NCBI GenBank assembly: GCA_963788655.1
Contig: CAWBHS010000074.1
Location: forward strand, 1 to 64,000
Reading direction: 5' to 3'
Origin: an uncultured Verrucomicrobiae bacterium
Lineage (GTDB): Bacteria; Verrucomicrobiota; Verrucomicrobiia; Limisphaerales; JAFGQR01
DNA length: 64,000 bases
Notes under the pieces: generated by a model
Databases searched by the model: none
What the model was told of the DNA's origin: nothing
The model's input: only the letters and a program-made list of their open reading frames with translations
Translations under genes and position numbers: made by a program
Shown here: positions 53,450 through 64,000 of the stretch, piece by piece
Numbering within the stretch: position 1 is the first letter of the stretch
Layout: every line of letters begins with the position of its first letter

Positions 53450-53785
53450 TCAGCGTCCTGCTCGCATTCTCTCGTTCGCTTGCTGAATGGCGTCGAGCTG
53501 CCACCTTCGCCCGTTCGTCGCAGTCACGTCCCAGTCTTTGGCCCGGCTGGCGTAGTCAAAGACCCATAGCGCAGAGAGTGGAACACGAGATGTTTCAAGG
53601 GCCGCGAGAATGGTGGCAAATTTCTCCTTCGATTCCGTGGTGGCGGCACAGGGTACGCCGAACTCCCCAGCGAACAGCGGCTTTTTCACCGCCTGCGCCA
53701 CCGCCATGGCCTGGGCCAGCCGGCCGAGGTCTTTGACCGGGTCGTAGCCGCGCACGCACAGGGTGTTCACGGGCGAAGGAAACAA
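53450..53785 (-). pseudogene. C-terminal remnant of a GH5/clan-A glycoside hydrolase
   Basis: KKPLFAGEFG nucleophile-type motif and ALWVFD; N-terminal part absent. Confidence 0.55.
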
Positions 53786-53841
53786 TGCGGATTGCTACTA
53801 CTATGCAAAGGGGGGCACGATGCACGCAAATGTTACTCTCG

Positions 53842-54402
53842 TCAAAACACAGTGGGAATCACGCGATAGAAACGGTTGCGGTTCGTCGCATCCGTGTCAA
53901 CAAATTTGACGTAGGGCGGAAAGCTGGGGATCGAGAGGTTCGTTAACGTGGACCAGTTGGCCTGCGGCCAAGAATCCGTAGCGAAATCGACGCGCCAGGT
54001 CGTATTGGTGGTGGCCTGAATCGTAAGGGAAAAACCGTCGTCCTCCATGGCCGGGGTGGTCACGGCAAGGTACGCAATGCCGCTCCAGTCGTTGCCGTAA
54101 TCATTAATCACCTGTACCCGAAAGAAGGTCGCCATTTCCGGCATCACGTTGGTTAACACGAGGGTACAGGTGTGCTCCTGCAAGGTGGCATTGGTGTACG
54201 CGAACGGAAAGAATTCGCGATACCATTCAAACGTCAACGGCAATTCGCCCGTGGCCGTGACCGTAAGCTCGACCGTGCTGCCCGCACTGACAACGTGAGT
54301 CATTGGTGAAACTGTCACCGCCGGTCCCTGCCCAAAAGACGAGGGGACAATGGATAAAGCGATAAACGCCAATAGAGTGAAACGACTTCTAAATGTATTC
54401 AT
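53842..54402 (-). CDS. Small secreted Ig-domain protein with C-terminal RFYRV-type domain
   Basis: Signal peptide; VTATGELPLTFEWY Ig motif; tail WRVDFATD..WSTLTN...FVDTDATNRNRFYRV; GAGGA RBS. Confidence 0.82.
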   Translation of the reverse strand: MNTFRSRFTLLAFIALSIVPSSFGQGPAVTVSPMTHVVSAGSTVELTVTATGELPLTFEWYREFFPFAYTNATLQEHTCTLVLTNVMPEMATFFRVQVINDYGNDWSGIAYLAVTTPAMEDDGFSLTIQATTNTTWRVDFATDSWPQANWSTLTNLSIPSFPPYVKFVDTDATNRNRFYRVIPTVF

Positions 54403-54584
54403 ATAGTTCCTCAACAAATTAACAGCTCTTGAAGAACGCTTATCATAATTTGACAAGCATTGTCAAGCCAGTTTGTCAGGTCAGTTCAAAGAACGCTCAC
54501 CTTCCTCGCGTGCTTGCGTGGCGCGCACCTCGGGTGGCGGCGCTGGCCACCGTTCGGTCGTTTCGGGGAAGGCTTCGGACGAAG

Positions 54585-55967
<1,383 letters not shown>

Positions 55968-56163
55968 AACCAATGCCTCTTTTCTTGCCATGCGGCCTCG
56001 GGATCGAGGCTCCGAACCCGCTATTCAAGATAGCAGGAAACAAAGGGGAGAACCAATGGGAAGTGGCGGAAAGGGAGCGGACGCCGGCGGCGGAAACGGG
56101 CGTCGCGAGGCCAACGGTTCGAACGGGCTTGCATTCAACCTCGATCTTGGGAGTATCAATCGC

Positions 56164-56889
56164 ATGGCGAATCCATCTCATTTGAAAATCTTGAAGGAAC
56201 AGGGCAAACAAGAGTGGAACAACTGGCGGCTGCAAAACGCGATGTTGCGACCCAACCTCGAAGATGCCGACTTGCGGGAGGGAGACTGGAGCGGCACCGA
56301 TTTTCGGGGGGCGAACCTGCGGCGGGCGCAGTTTCAAAATGCCAATCTGGAGGCGGCCATCCTCTGCGACGCCTTGATGGAGGAAACCCGCTTCTCCGGC
56401 GCCAATTTGAAGGGCGCGGTGATGTACAACTCCGATCTCTCCAACGCTCATTTCGAGGGCGCCAATCTCAACATGTGCGACCTGTGCATGACGAATTTGA
56501 GCGGCGCAAATTTCAAGGATGCCGACCTGAACCGCGCGGTCCTGATGAATTCGAACCTCGCCGGAGGCACCCTCGAAGGGGCCAAGCTCGGACAGGCCAA
56601 CCTGACCGGTTCACGCTTCGATCAGGCGAATTTAAAACACGCCAATCTGGACGATGCGCAACTCATGTGGGCCAATTTCAAGCAGGCCGACCTCCAGGAA
56701 GCCAGCCTGCGCCGCGCCATGTTGAGCGAGGGCAAATTCGAGCAGGCTTCGCTGAAGGACGCCGATTTGAGCCAAGCCCAGTTGCAAAAAACCAATCTTC
56801 AGCAAGCCGATCTGGCTGGCGCCAATCTTGAAGGCACCGATCTGGGCCAGGCCACCGCCAAACCGCCCCCGCCACCAACGGCCGATTGA
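56164..56889 (+). CDS. Pentapeptide repeat protein
   Basis: MANPSHL..WNNWR lead-in followed by tandem A(N/D)L/Fxx repeats. Confidence 0.92.
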   Translation: MANPSHLKILKEQGKQEWNNWRLQNAMLRPNLEDADLREGDWSGTDFRGANLRRAQFQNANLEAAILCDALMEETRFSGANLKGAVMYNSDLSNAHFEGANLNMCDLCMTNLSGANFKDADLNRAVLMNSNLAGGTLEGAKLGQANLTGSRFDQANLKHANLDDAQLMWANFKQADLQEASLRRAMLSEGKFEQASLKDADLSQAQLQKTNLQQADLAGANLEGTDLGQATAKPPPPPTAD

Positions 56890-56991
56890 TCTGCCCTTCA
56901 GATTAGCATCGCATTCCGCCTCGCTACTGGCGCAAACTGGCGCGCGTAACCTTTGGCTTTAATCGTCCGTCAAACTGCGGACGTGCATGCG

Positions 56992-58611
56992 ATGAAGAGC
57001 TTGATCAAACTGATGTTGGTCTCGGTGATTGCCGTTGCTTTCGCGGGCAGCGGCACGGAATTGTTCGCCGGGCCCGTCGTGCGGGATATGCCCCAGGACA
57101 AGGCGGCTGCGGACGCATTGTTCACCAACGTCGTGGTCCTGCGCTTGCGCCTTGAAATCCCCGAAAGCGGCATGAAATCGCTGCGGCAAAATCCGCGCCG
57201 CTATGTCCGCGCCACCCTTCACGAAGGGGACACGGTCTATACCGACGTCGGCATTCACTTGAAGGGCAGCGCCGGCAGCTTTCGCGGGGTGGACGACAAA
57301 CCGGGATTGACCTTGAATTGTTCCACCTTCGAAGCCAGCAGCAAATTCCATGGGCTAAAGAAATTTCATCTCAACAATTCCGTCCAGGATCCCACCTATC
57401 TCAGCGAACTGGTTTGCGGCGACCTGTTCCGCGCGGCCGGTGTCCCGGCTACTCGCGTGGCGCACGCCCTGGTGGAATTGAACGGGCACAAGCTGGGGCT
57501 CTATGTGTTGAAAGAAAGTTTCAACAAAGATTTCCTGGCCCAGTATTTTCGCAGAACCCGTGGCAACATGTATGGCCAACCCGGCGGCGGCGACATTACC
57601 GAGCCTCTGGAACGCGTCGAAGGCCACGGCGAGAACACCCGCACCGATCTCAAGGCGCTGGCGGACGCAGCCCGGGAGCCGGAACCGACCAAACGCTGGG
57701 AGCGGCTGCAACAGGTGCTGGATGTGGATCGGTTTCTTTCTTACATGTCCCTGGAAGTCCTGCTCTGCCACTGGGACGGCTACACTTTCGCCCGGCACAA
57801 TTATCGCGTTTATCACGACCTCGATACTGACAAAATGGTCTTTTTTCCTCACGACATGGACCAAATGATCCGCAACGCGAACGTGCCGATCTTTCCCGGC
57901 GCCGGCGGGTTGATCTCCCGGAATATCCTGGAAACGCCCGAGGCGCGCTGGTTGTATCGAGAGCGGATTGAAATGCTGTTTACCAATCTCTTCGTGGTGC
58001 CAACCCTCACCAACCGCATCCACGAACTGGTGGCGCGCCTCGAGCCGGTGCTCAAGGATTACGACCCCAACCTCGCCCGCAACGTTGCCAACCAGGCCAA
58101 CGATTTGGTCCACCGCATCATGAACCGCGCCGCCAGTTTGAAGCGCCAATTCGAAGTGCCCGCGCCACGGCGCCTGACCTTTGTGGATGGGGTGGCAACA
58201 GTGAAGGGGTGGCGAAAACAAGATTGGAACAACTCGGCCCACCAGGAACAAATCAGCACGCCCGATGGCAAAACCGCCTATTGGATCAATACGTCTCAGC
58301 ATACCACCGCCTCCTGGCGAGCCAAGATCCTGCTGCCCGCCGGCCGGTATCGATTCGAAGGGCTGGCGCGGTCTGCTGGCATTGATCCCACCCACGATCC
58401 GCTCAAAGGCACCGGCGCCGGCTTGCGCATTTCGGGCAGCCAGCAACTCCGGGGCAATCAACTCACTGGCGATTCCCCGTGGCAACCGCTCGCCTACGAA
58501 TTCGTAGTGCGCGCCAACCTCCAGGAAATTGAACTGGTCTGCGAATTGCGCGCGACCCAGGGGGAAGTGTGGTTCGATGCGAATTCATTGCAGTTGGGGC
58601 GACAGCCGTGA
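56992..58611 (+). CDS. CotH kinase family secreted protein with C-terminal beta-sandwich
   Basis: VGIHLKG, KKFHLNN, GLYVLKE, HWDGY..HNYRVY, FPHDMD. Confidence 0.9.
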   Translation: MKSLIKLMLVSVIAVAFAGSGTELFAGPVVRDMPQDKAAADALFTNVVVLRLRLEIPESGMKSLRQNPRRYVRATLHEGDTVYTDVGIHLKGSAGSFRGVDDKPGLTLNCSTFEASSKFHGLKKFHLNNSVQDPTYLSELVCGDLFRAAGVPATRVAHALVELNGHKLGLYVLKESFNKDFLAQYFRRTRGNMYGQPGGGDITEPLERVEGHGENTRTDLKALADAAREPEPTKRWERLQQVLDVDRFLSYMSLEVLLCHWDGYTFARHNYRVYHDLDTDKMVFFPHDMDQMIRNANVPIFPGAGGLISRNILETPEARWLYRERIEMLFTNLFVVPTLTNRIHELVARLEPVLKDYDPNLARNVANQANDLVHRIMNRAASLKRQFEVPAPRRLTFVDGVATVKGWRKQDWNNSAHQEQISTPDGKTAYWINTSQHTTASWRAKILLPAGRYRFEGLARSAGIDPTHDPLKGTGAGLRISGSQQLRGNQLTGDSPWQPLAYEFVVRANLQEIELVCELRATQGEVWFDANSLQLGRQP

Positions 58612-58667
58612 GAGGCCATGCTCATTTGACTTGTATCAGCGAATGTTGTCCGCAACCATTACATGCC

Positions 58668-59642
58668 ATGAATCCGAGTCGGCCATTTGTGACCTTCGCC
58701 AGTCCGTCCATCGGTGAGGCGGTCTTGAAACAGCGCAGCCTTCGACGTTACCTGCGTTTTGCCGCAACGTTCCTCCTGGCATTGTTGGTTCATGCTGGTG
58801 GCTTGCTCTCCGGGGACGCCGCTTCGCCGGCTGCGGACAACCCGTCTGATTCACCAAAACCCGGCATTCAAGTCCTGCCGGTCGCGGTGGACTTGCGGCC
58901 GGTCTTCGAGAAATTGAGGCTGGACCGCTGGCAACAAGGCAGTCGCCCCACCTGCTCGGCGTTTACGGTCGCGGGTGCGTTGGAATTTGCAGTGGCAAAG
59001 CGGCAGGATCACGGAACGCGGTTGAGTGTCGAGTTCCTCAATTGGGCCTCGAACCGGGCCTGTCACGACCGGCAGGATGGGGGCTTCTTCTCCGACCTAT
59101 GGAAAGGTTACGCCAAGTATGGCATCTGCACGGCTCAGGAATTGCCGTACGCCAAAAAATTTGATCCCGCAGAAGCAACCCCGCCCGCCGCGCTGGTCGA
59201 TGCCAAAACACGTCTTGATCTGGGCTTGCGTTTTAACTGGATCAAGGAATGGAACGTTAAGACCGGCCTGACCGACACGCAGCTCCTCGCCATCAAGCGC
59301 ACCCTCCATCAGGGTTGGCCGGTGTGCGGCGGCTTTCGCTGGCCGAAGCAGCAGCAATGGGTGGATGACGTGCTCCAGATGTGCGGCCCGGACGCAGTGC
59401 GCGACGGACACAGCGTCCTGCTCGTGGGCTACCGCGACGAGGCCGCGCAACTGGGCGGCGGGGTTTTCATTTTTCGCAACACCGCCAACGGCGGGCGCGA
59501 CGGCTTCATGCCTTACGGCTATGCGCGCGAATACATGAATGACGCAGCATGGATTGATTTTCCAATCCATCCCCAACCACCCGCCGGCGCCGGATTGCCC
59601 GCGCCTCACCCGTTCCGGCAAACGGCATCTGCCGCAGACTGA
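58668..59642 (+). CDS. Papain-like C1 family cysteine peptidase
   Basis: VDLRP, QGSRPTCSAF (Cys), GHSVLLVGY (His), FIFRN (Asn). Confidence 0.85.
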   Translation: MNPSRPFVTFASPSIGEAVLKQRSLRRYLRFAATFLLALLVHAGGLLSGDAASPAADNPSDSPKPGIQVLPVAVDLRPVFEKLRLDRWQQGSRPTCSAFTVAGALEFAVAKRQDHGTRLSVEFLNWASNRACHDRQDGGFFSDLWKGYAKYGICTAQELPYAKKFDPAEATPPAALVDAKTRLDLGLRFNWIKEWNVKTGLTDTQLLAIKRTLHQGWPVCGGFRWPKQQQWVDDVLQMCGPDAVRDGHSVLLVGYRDEAAQLGGGVFIFRNTANGGRDGFMPYGYAREYMNDAAWIDFPIHPQPPAGAGLPAPHPFRQTASAAD

Positions 59643-59670
59643 TATCCGTCACCACATCCCGCGTCGGTTG

Positions 59671-61510
59671 CTACCCTTTCTTTGCCGCCTTGGCCCAGGT
59701 GTCGCGCAAGGTAATTGTGCGATTGAACACCGGTTGGCCGGGTGGCGAATCCTTATCAACACAGAAATAAGCCAGCCGCTCGAACTGGTAGCGGCTCACC
59801 GGATCGGCCGCTCGAAGTGAAGGCTCCACTTTGGCCGTCACCACTTCCAAAGAATGCGGATTGAGGTGTTGCTTGAAATCGCCCTCCGCATCCGGTTCGG
59901 GCACGGTGAACAGGCGGTCGTAGAGCCGCACTTCGGCGTCGATCGCGTGCGCGGCGCTCACCCAATGAATCGTGCCTTTCACTTTGCGGCTGGCCGTCGG
60001 CCCGCCGGTTTTGCTGTCGAGATCGGCGGTGCAGCGCAGTTCGGTGATGTTGCCGGCGGCGTCCTTGATCACTTCGTCGCACTTGATGATGTAGGCGTAT
60101 TTCAGCCGCACTTCGCCGCCGGGTTTCAGGCGGAAATATTTCGGCGGCGGCACCTCCATGAAATCGTCCTGCTCGATGTACAGTTCGCGGCTGAACGGAA
60201 CCTTGCGTTTGCCGGCGGTCGGATCTTCGGGATTGTTGACGGCGTCGAGTTCCTCGGTCTGGCCTTCGGGATAATTGGTGAGGACGACTTTGAGCGGGCG
60301 CAGCACGGCCAGGCGGCGCAGGGCGCATTTGTTCAGATCCTCGCGGATGGCGTGCTCGCAGCACGGCGACGTCGGTGAGGCTGTTGTATTTCGTCACTGC
60401 CGAGTTGTGGCGAAAAGTTCCGAAACGCCGCCGGCGTGACGCCGCGGCGCCGCGATGCCGCAGATGGTCGGCATGCGCGGGATCGTCCCAGCCGCTGACC
60501 ACGTTTTTCGTTCACAAGCTGCATGAGCTTGCGTTTGCTCATGATCGTGTAGCCGAGGATGAGCCGGGCGAATTCGTATTGGTGCGGCAGCGGACGCGGC
60601 AGATCGAGGTTTTCCAGAATCCAATCGTAAAGCGGGCGATGCACCTCGAATTCCAGCGTGCAGATGCTGTGCGTGATGCCTTCGATGTAATCGCTCAGGC
60701 AATGCGCGAAGTCGTACATCGGATAGATGCACCACTTGTCCGCCGGTGTGATGATGCTCGGCGTGGCGGATGCGATAGAGCACCGGATCGCGCAGCCAGA
60801 TGTTCGGCGAGGCCATGTCAATTCGGCGCGCAAGCGTGCGGCTGCCGTCGGGAAACTCGCCGGCGTTCATCCGCTGGAACAGATCGAGGTTTTCCTCGAT
60901 CGCGCGGTTGCGGAAGGGGCTTTCCTGGCCGGGCCGATCCGGCGCGCCGCCGTATGGTGTCCACCTGTTCGGGCGTCAGGTCGCAAATGTAAGCCTTGCC
61001 CTTGCGGATCAGTTGCACGGCGTAATCGTAAAGTCTGCGTCGAAATAGTCGCGAGGCATAAAACGGCTCCAACTTATCCGCCGGCGTACTGCCGGTTGCC
61101 AATTGTCCAGGCATCACGGCGGGCAAATAAAAATCCGGCTTGCCGTCGCTTGGCACCGTCTCGGGTGTTTTCCCCGTCGGCTTGAGACCTAACCGGTCAT
61201 CGGCCCAGCCGGCAATCAGCCAGTTCACATCTTCCTGGATGCTGTCCACGTACTCGACGTCTTCCTTCGTGGGATTGGTGTCATCCATGCGAAGATTGCA
61301 CTGCCCCCGGAACTCGCGGGCGATGCCGAAGTTCAGGCAGATCGACTTGGCGTGGCCGATGTGCAGATAGCCATTGGGTTCCGGCGGAAAGCGGGTAATG
61401 ATCTTCTGATATTTCCCGGCTGCCACGTCCGCCGCCACAATGTCCCGGATGAAATCGGCCGGCGCCACAGTGGTGGTTTCCGGTTGGTTCGCGCTGTTTT
61501 GCGTCGTCAT
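59671..61510 (-). CDS. glnS: Glutaminyl-tRNA synthetase (many frameshifts)
   Basis: [76 protein letters not shown], across several frames. Confidence 0.93.
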
Positions 61511-61770
61511 AATGTCAACGTCTCATCAATTCAAGCGGCGCAACGTAACAGAGCGGGCTTTCGATGAATAGTGAAATTGAGGGTGCGGTGAAACGCACTT
61601 GGCTGACGGCGCAAGTCACCACCCCGGTCGGGCAAGATTCCGTCGGGCCCTGACTTTCCGGCGTTGTTTCCGCCTCCTCAGCAACGTTACCGCGGGAAAC
61701 CTTCTGCGTTCGAACATCGAAGTTCACCCTTTGCCCGGCATCTCATAGTCGAAAACGCTCCGGAGTAATC

Positions 61771-61796
61771 AGGGCTCGACGGAGTCTCGCCCTGCC
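61771..61796. repeat. Short REP hairpin, family G
   Basis: AGGGCTCGACGGAGTCTCGCCCTGCC; matches 36346-36371. Confidence 0.8.
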
Positions 61797-61889
61797 TGTT
61801 ATTCGAGCCAGCGAACAAGTGGTGTCATTACGAAATGGTCATTGAGAGGTCCGCCTTTGCAAAGGCGGTCAAATGGCTATAGCACCTCA

Positions 61890-62870
61890 TCACGACTCTC
61901 CCACTTTAACCTGCACCGCCGCGATGTCCTCCACCGCTTCCGGCCCTACCGGCCGCAACCGCCACAAGCCGGCCATCACGCTGCCAATCACCGAATGGAA
62001 CGTGGCCGAGATGGCGCAGGGCGTGGCCGTGGCCGGCAGCGCGGGAAAATTACGTTGCGCCAGCACTACGCCCAGCCCGGAATTCTGCATGCCGACTTCA
62101 ATGGCAACGGTGCGCCGGATTAGTTCGTCGTAGCCAAACAGGCGTGCAAACGTATGCCCCAGCGCAAATCCGCCGGCGTGCAAGAGGAAAACAGCCGTCA
62201 ACAATACCCCGCCTGAGTGCAAAATGTCATCGGCCCGTTGGCCCACGATGCTGGCGCAGATCAGGGCGATGGTAATCACCGACACCAGCGGCGCCACCGG
62301 CAACACCGCCCGGACCAATCGCGGCGTGGTGTGGTGCAACACCATGCCCAATACAATCGGCGCCAGCACCACCTGAACCGTGTCCAAAAACAACGCCCAG
62401 GCATCGACCGGCACGTAAGTACCCGCCAGCCATTTGGTCAGCAAAGGCGTCAGGAAGATCGCGCCGAAGGTCGAGCACATGGTCATAAGCACGGACAGCG
62501 CCACGTTGGCTTTGGCAAGATAGCTCACCACATTCGACGCCGTCCCGCCCGGACAACACGAAACCAAAATCAGGCCGACCGCGAACGACGTTTCCAGTCG
62601 CAGTACGCGGGCAATGCCAAAGCCCAGCAGCGGCATGATAAGAAATTGTGCGAAGACGCCCACCGCGACGGCTTTGGGCATGGTCAGCACTCGCTTGAAG
62701 TCGTCCACACTGAGTGTCACTCCCATACCGAGCATGATCACCGCCAGGCCCCATACAATGGCCTCGCCACGAAACCAAGTGAACAGCGGCGGATGAAACA
62801 ATGCGAGCACACCACCGGTTAGGACCCAGACGGGAAACAGATTGGTCAGTAGATTGAACAGCCGGTTCAT
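61890..62870 (-). CDS. Bile acid:sodium symporter (BASS) family transporter
   Basis: IMLGMGVTL, AQFLIMPL, CCPGGTASNV, IEVGMQNSGLG. Confidence 0.93.
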   Translation of the reverse strand: MNRLFNLLTNLFPVWVLTGGVLALFHPPLFTWFRGEAIVWGLAVIMLGMGVTLSVDDFKRVLTMPKAVAVGVFAQFLIMPLLGFGIARVLRLETSFAVGLILVSCCPGGTASNVVSYLAKANVALSVLMTMCSTFGAIFLTPLLTKWLAGTYVPVDAWALFLDTVQVVLAPIVLGMVLHHTTPRLVRAVLPVAPLVSVITIALICASIVGQRADDILHSGGVLLTAVFLLHAGGFALGHTFARLFGYDELIRRTVAIEVGMQNSGLGVVLAQRNFPALPATATPCAISATFHSVIGSVMAGLWRLRPVGPEAVEDIAAVQVKVGES

Positions 62871-62978
62871 GCGTTGGCGTGTATGTAAGCGGCTGATGGG
62901 ATTCATGGCCAAGCCTTTTCTTGAAATTCGACCAGAGCAAGGCGCAACGTTTTCAGCTCTTTTGCGTTCCGCCAGGTC

Positions 62979-63091
62979 TTGGAATGCGTGCGGTCCGCCG
63001 CCTCGTTCAAACCATTTAGCAACTTGGCTGGACCTTCGAAAAACCGGTTGGCGAGGCGCCAACCGCCGCGTCCGAGGCGGACGCGCTCCCC
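62979..63091. repeat. REP-like family C copy
   Basis: GGTTGGCGAGGCGCCAACCGCCGCGTCCGAGGCGGACGCGCTCCCC with a partial left arm. Confidence 0.7.
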
Positions 63092-63171
63092 AACAGAATC
63101 CCCCTCACCCCTGCATTTGCCATGGCCAAACGCGCGCAAAACTGCTATGGTATCCGAAATTCAGCCCAACA

Positions 63172-64000
63172 ATGCGTTGCTTCCGTCCATTGATTGTCTT
63201 GTGTCTCACTTTGCTGTTGAATGCTTTGCTCACCAGCAGCGCTTCCTCACAAACCATCCGGCGCGAATACTGGACCGGCATTGCCGGCACGACGATCGGC
63301 GACCTGCAGGCGGACCCGAACTACCCGAGCCAACCTACGGGCGTCTCGTTCGAGGAGAGTTTCGAGGCGCCGTTGAACTGGAGCGACAATTACGGCACGC
63401 ACATGCGGGGTTACGTACATCCGCCGCAGACCGGCGATTACATCTTTTGGATCGCCTCGGACGACCAGGGGGAACTGTATCTGAGCACCAACGAAATGGC
63501 TGCCGACCGCGTCCTGATCGCGCGCGTGCCGACTTGGGTCCCTTCGCAGGATTGGAACGAACCGCGCGATGACACCTATCTCTTCCAACAGTCACCGCCC
63601 ATTCACCTCGAAGCGGGGCGGCAGTTACTACGTCGAAGCTTTGCAAAAGGAAGGCGGCGGTGGTGACAACCTGGCGGTGGGCTGGCAATTGCCCGATGGC
63701 ACGTTCGAACGTCCCATCCCCGGGAGTCGCTTGTCTCCCTGGGAAGTTTCCACCAATCCCCCCGCGCTGCTGATGGAACCGGAAGATTTGGCTGTTGCCG
63801 AGTTGCAAACCGCCTGGTTCAGGATTTCCGCTCGAGGCGGCGAACCGCTCACGTTCCAATGGTGGCGCGACGGCACCGTGCTCCTGGGCGAACGTACCGC
63901 TACACTGCTGCTGGAAAACCTCACCACCAACGACAGCGGCAGTCGGTTTCAATGTGTGGTTACCAACCAGTATGGCAGCGTCACCAGCCGGGTGGCGGTG
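63172..64000 (+). CDS. Secreted PA14 + Ig-domain surface protein (partial; frameshift near 63623)
   Basis: DNYGTHMRGY..PPQTGDYIFWIASDDQGELYLS; next frame YYVEALQKEGGGGDNLAVGW, then Ig motif PLTFQW..DSGSRFQCVVTN; runs off the window. Confidence 0.85.

Noticed and set aside
56164..56889. DNA tandem repeat or diversity-generating element
   Set aside because: The 15-bp periodicity is explained by pentapeptide repeat coding; no reverse transcriptase or TR/VR pair.

Overview
GC-rich bacterial chromosome segment. Gene content and protein style point to Verrucomicrobiota (Pedosphaerales/Limisphaerales-like); this is an inference. Housekeeping loci (trpA, manC, lolC/E-lolD, glnK-amtB-glnA, feoA-feoA-feoB, SMUG1, fumC, glnS) alternate with secreted carbohydrate/sulfate/phosphate-scavenging enzymes (GH127, DUF1080, ThuA, two sulfatases, purple acid phosphatase, GH-LamG, DUF5107-TPR, CehA-like, DUF3142 pair, CotH, C1 peptidase, PA14). 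I found no rRNA, tRNA, CRISPR array or transposase. Intergenic DNA holds about ten families of short palindromic (REP/MITE-like) repeats, including a 131-bp element with terminal inverted repeats and a TAA duplication. Several decayed gene remnants sit at the junctions. Many genes carry frameshifts, densest in glnA and glnS; these are most likely assembly/consensus errors. Main observations: (1) three unrelated secreted proteins share a C-terminal 'W...D...(R/H)F(Y/L)R(V/L)' domain, a candidate sorting signal; (2) repeat elements are kept in frame within the N-termini of three operon-coupled secreted proteins; (3) seven genes have leaderless-type promoters; (4) three sigma54-type promoters, one upstream of an unannotated small ORF; (5) an apparently circularly permuted LamG domain. 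Family assignments come from motif recognition, not database searches.
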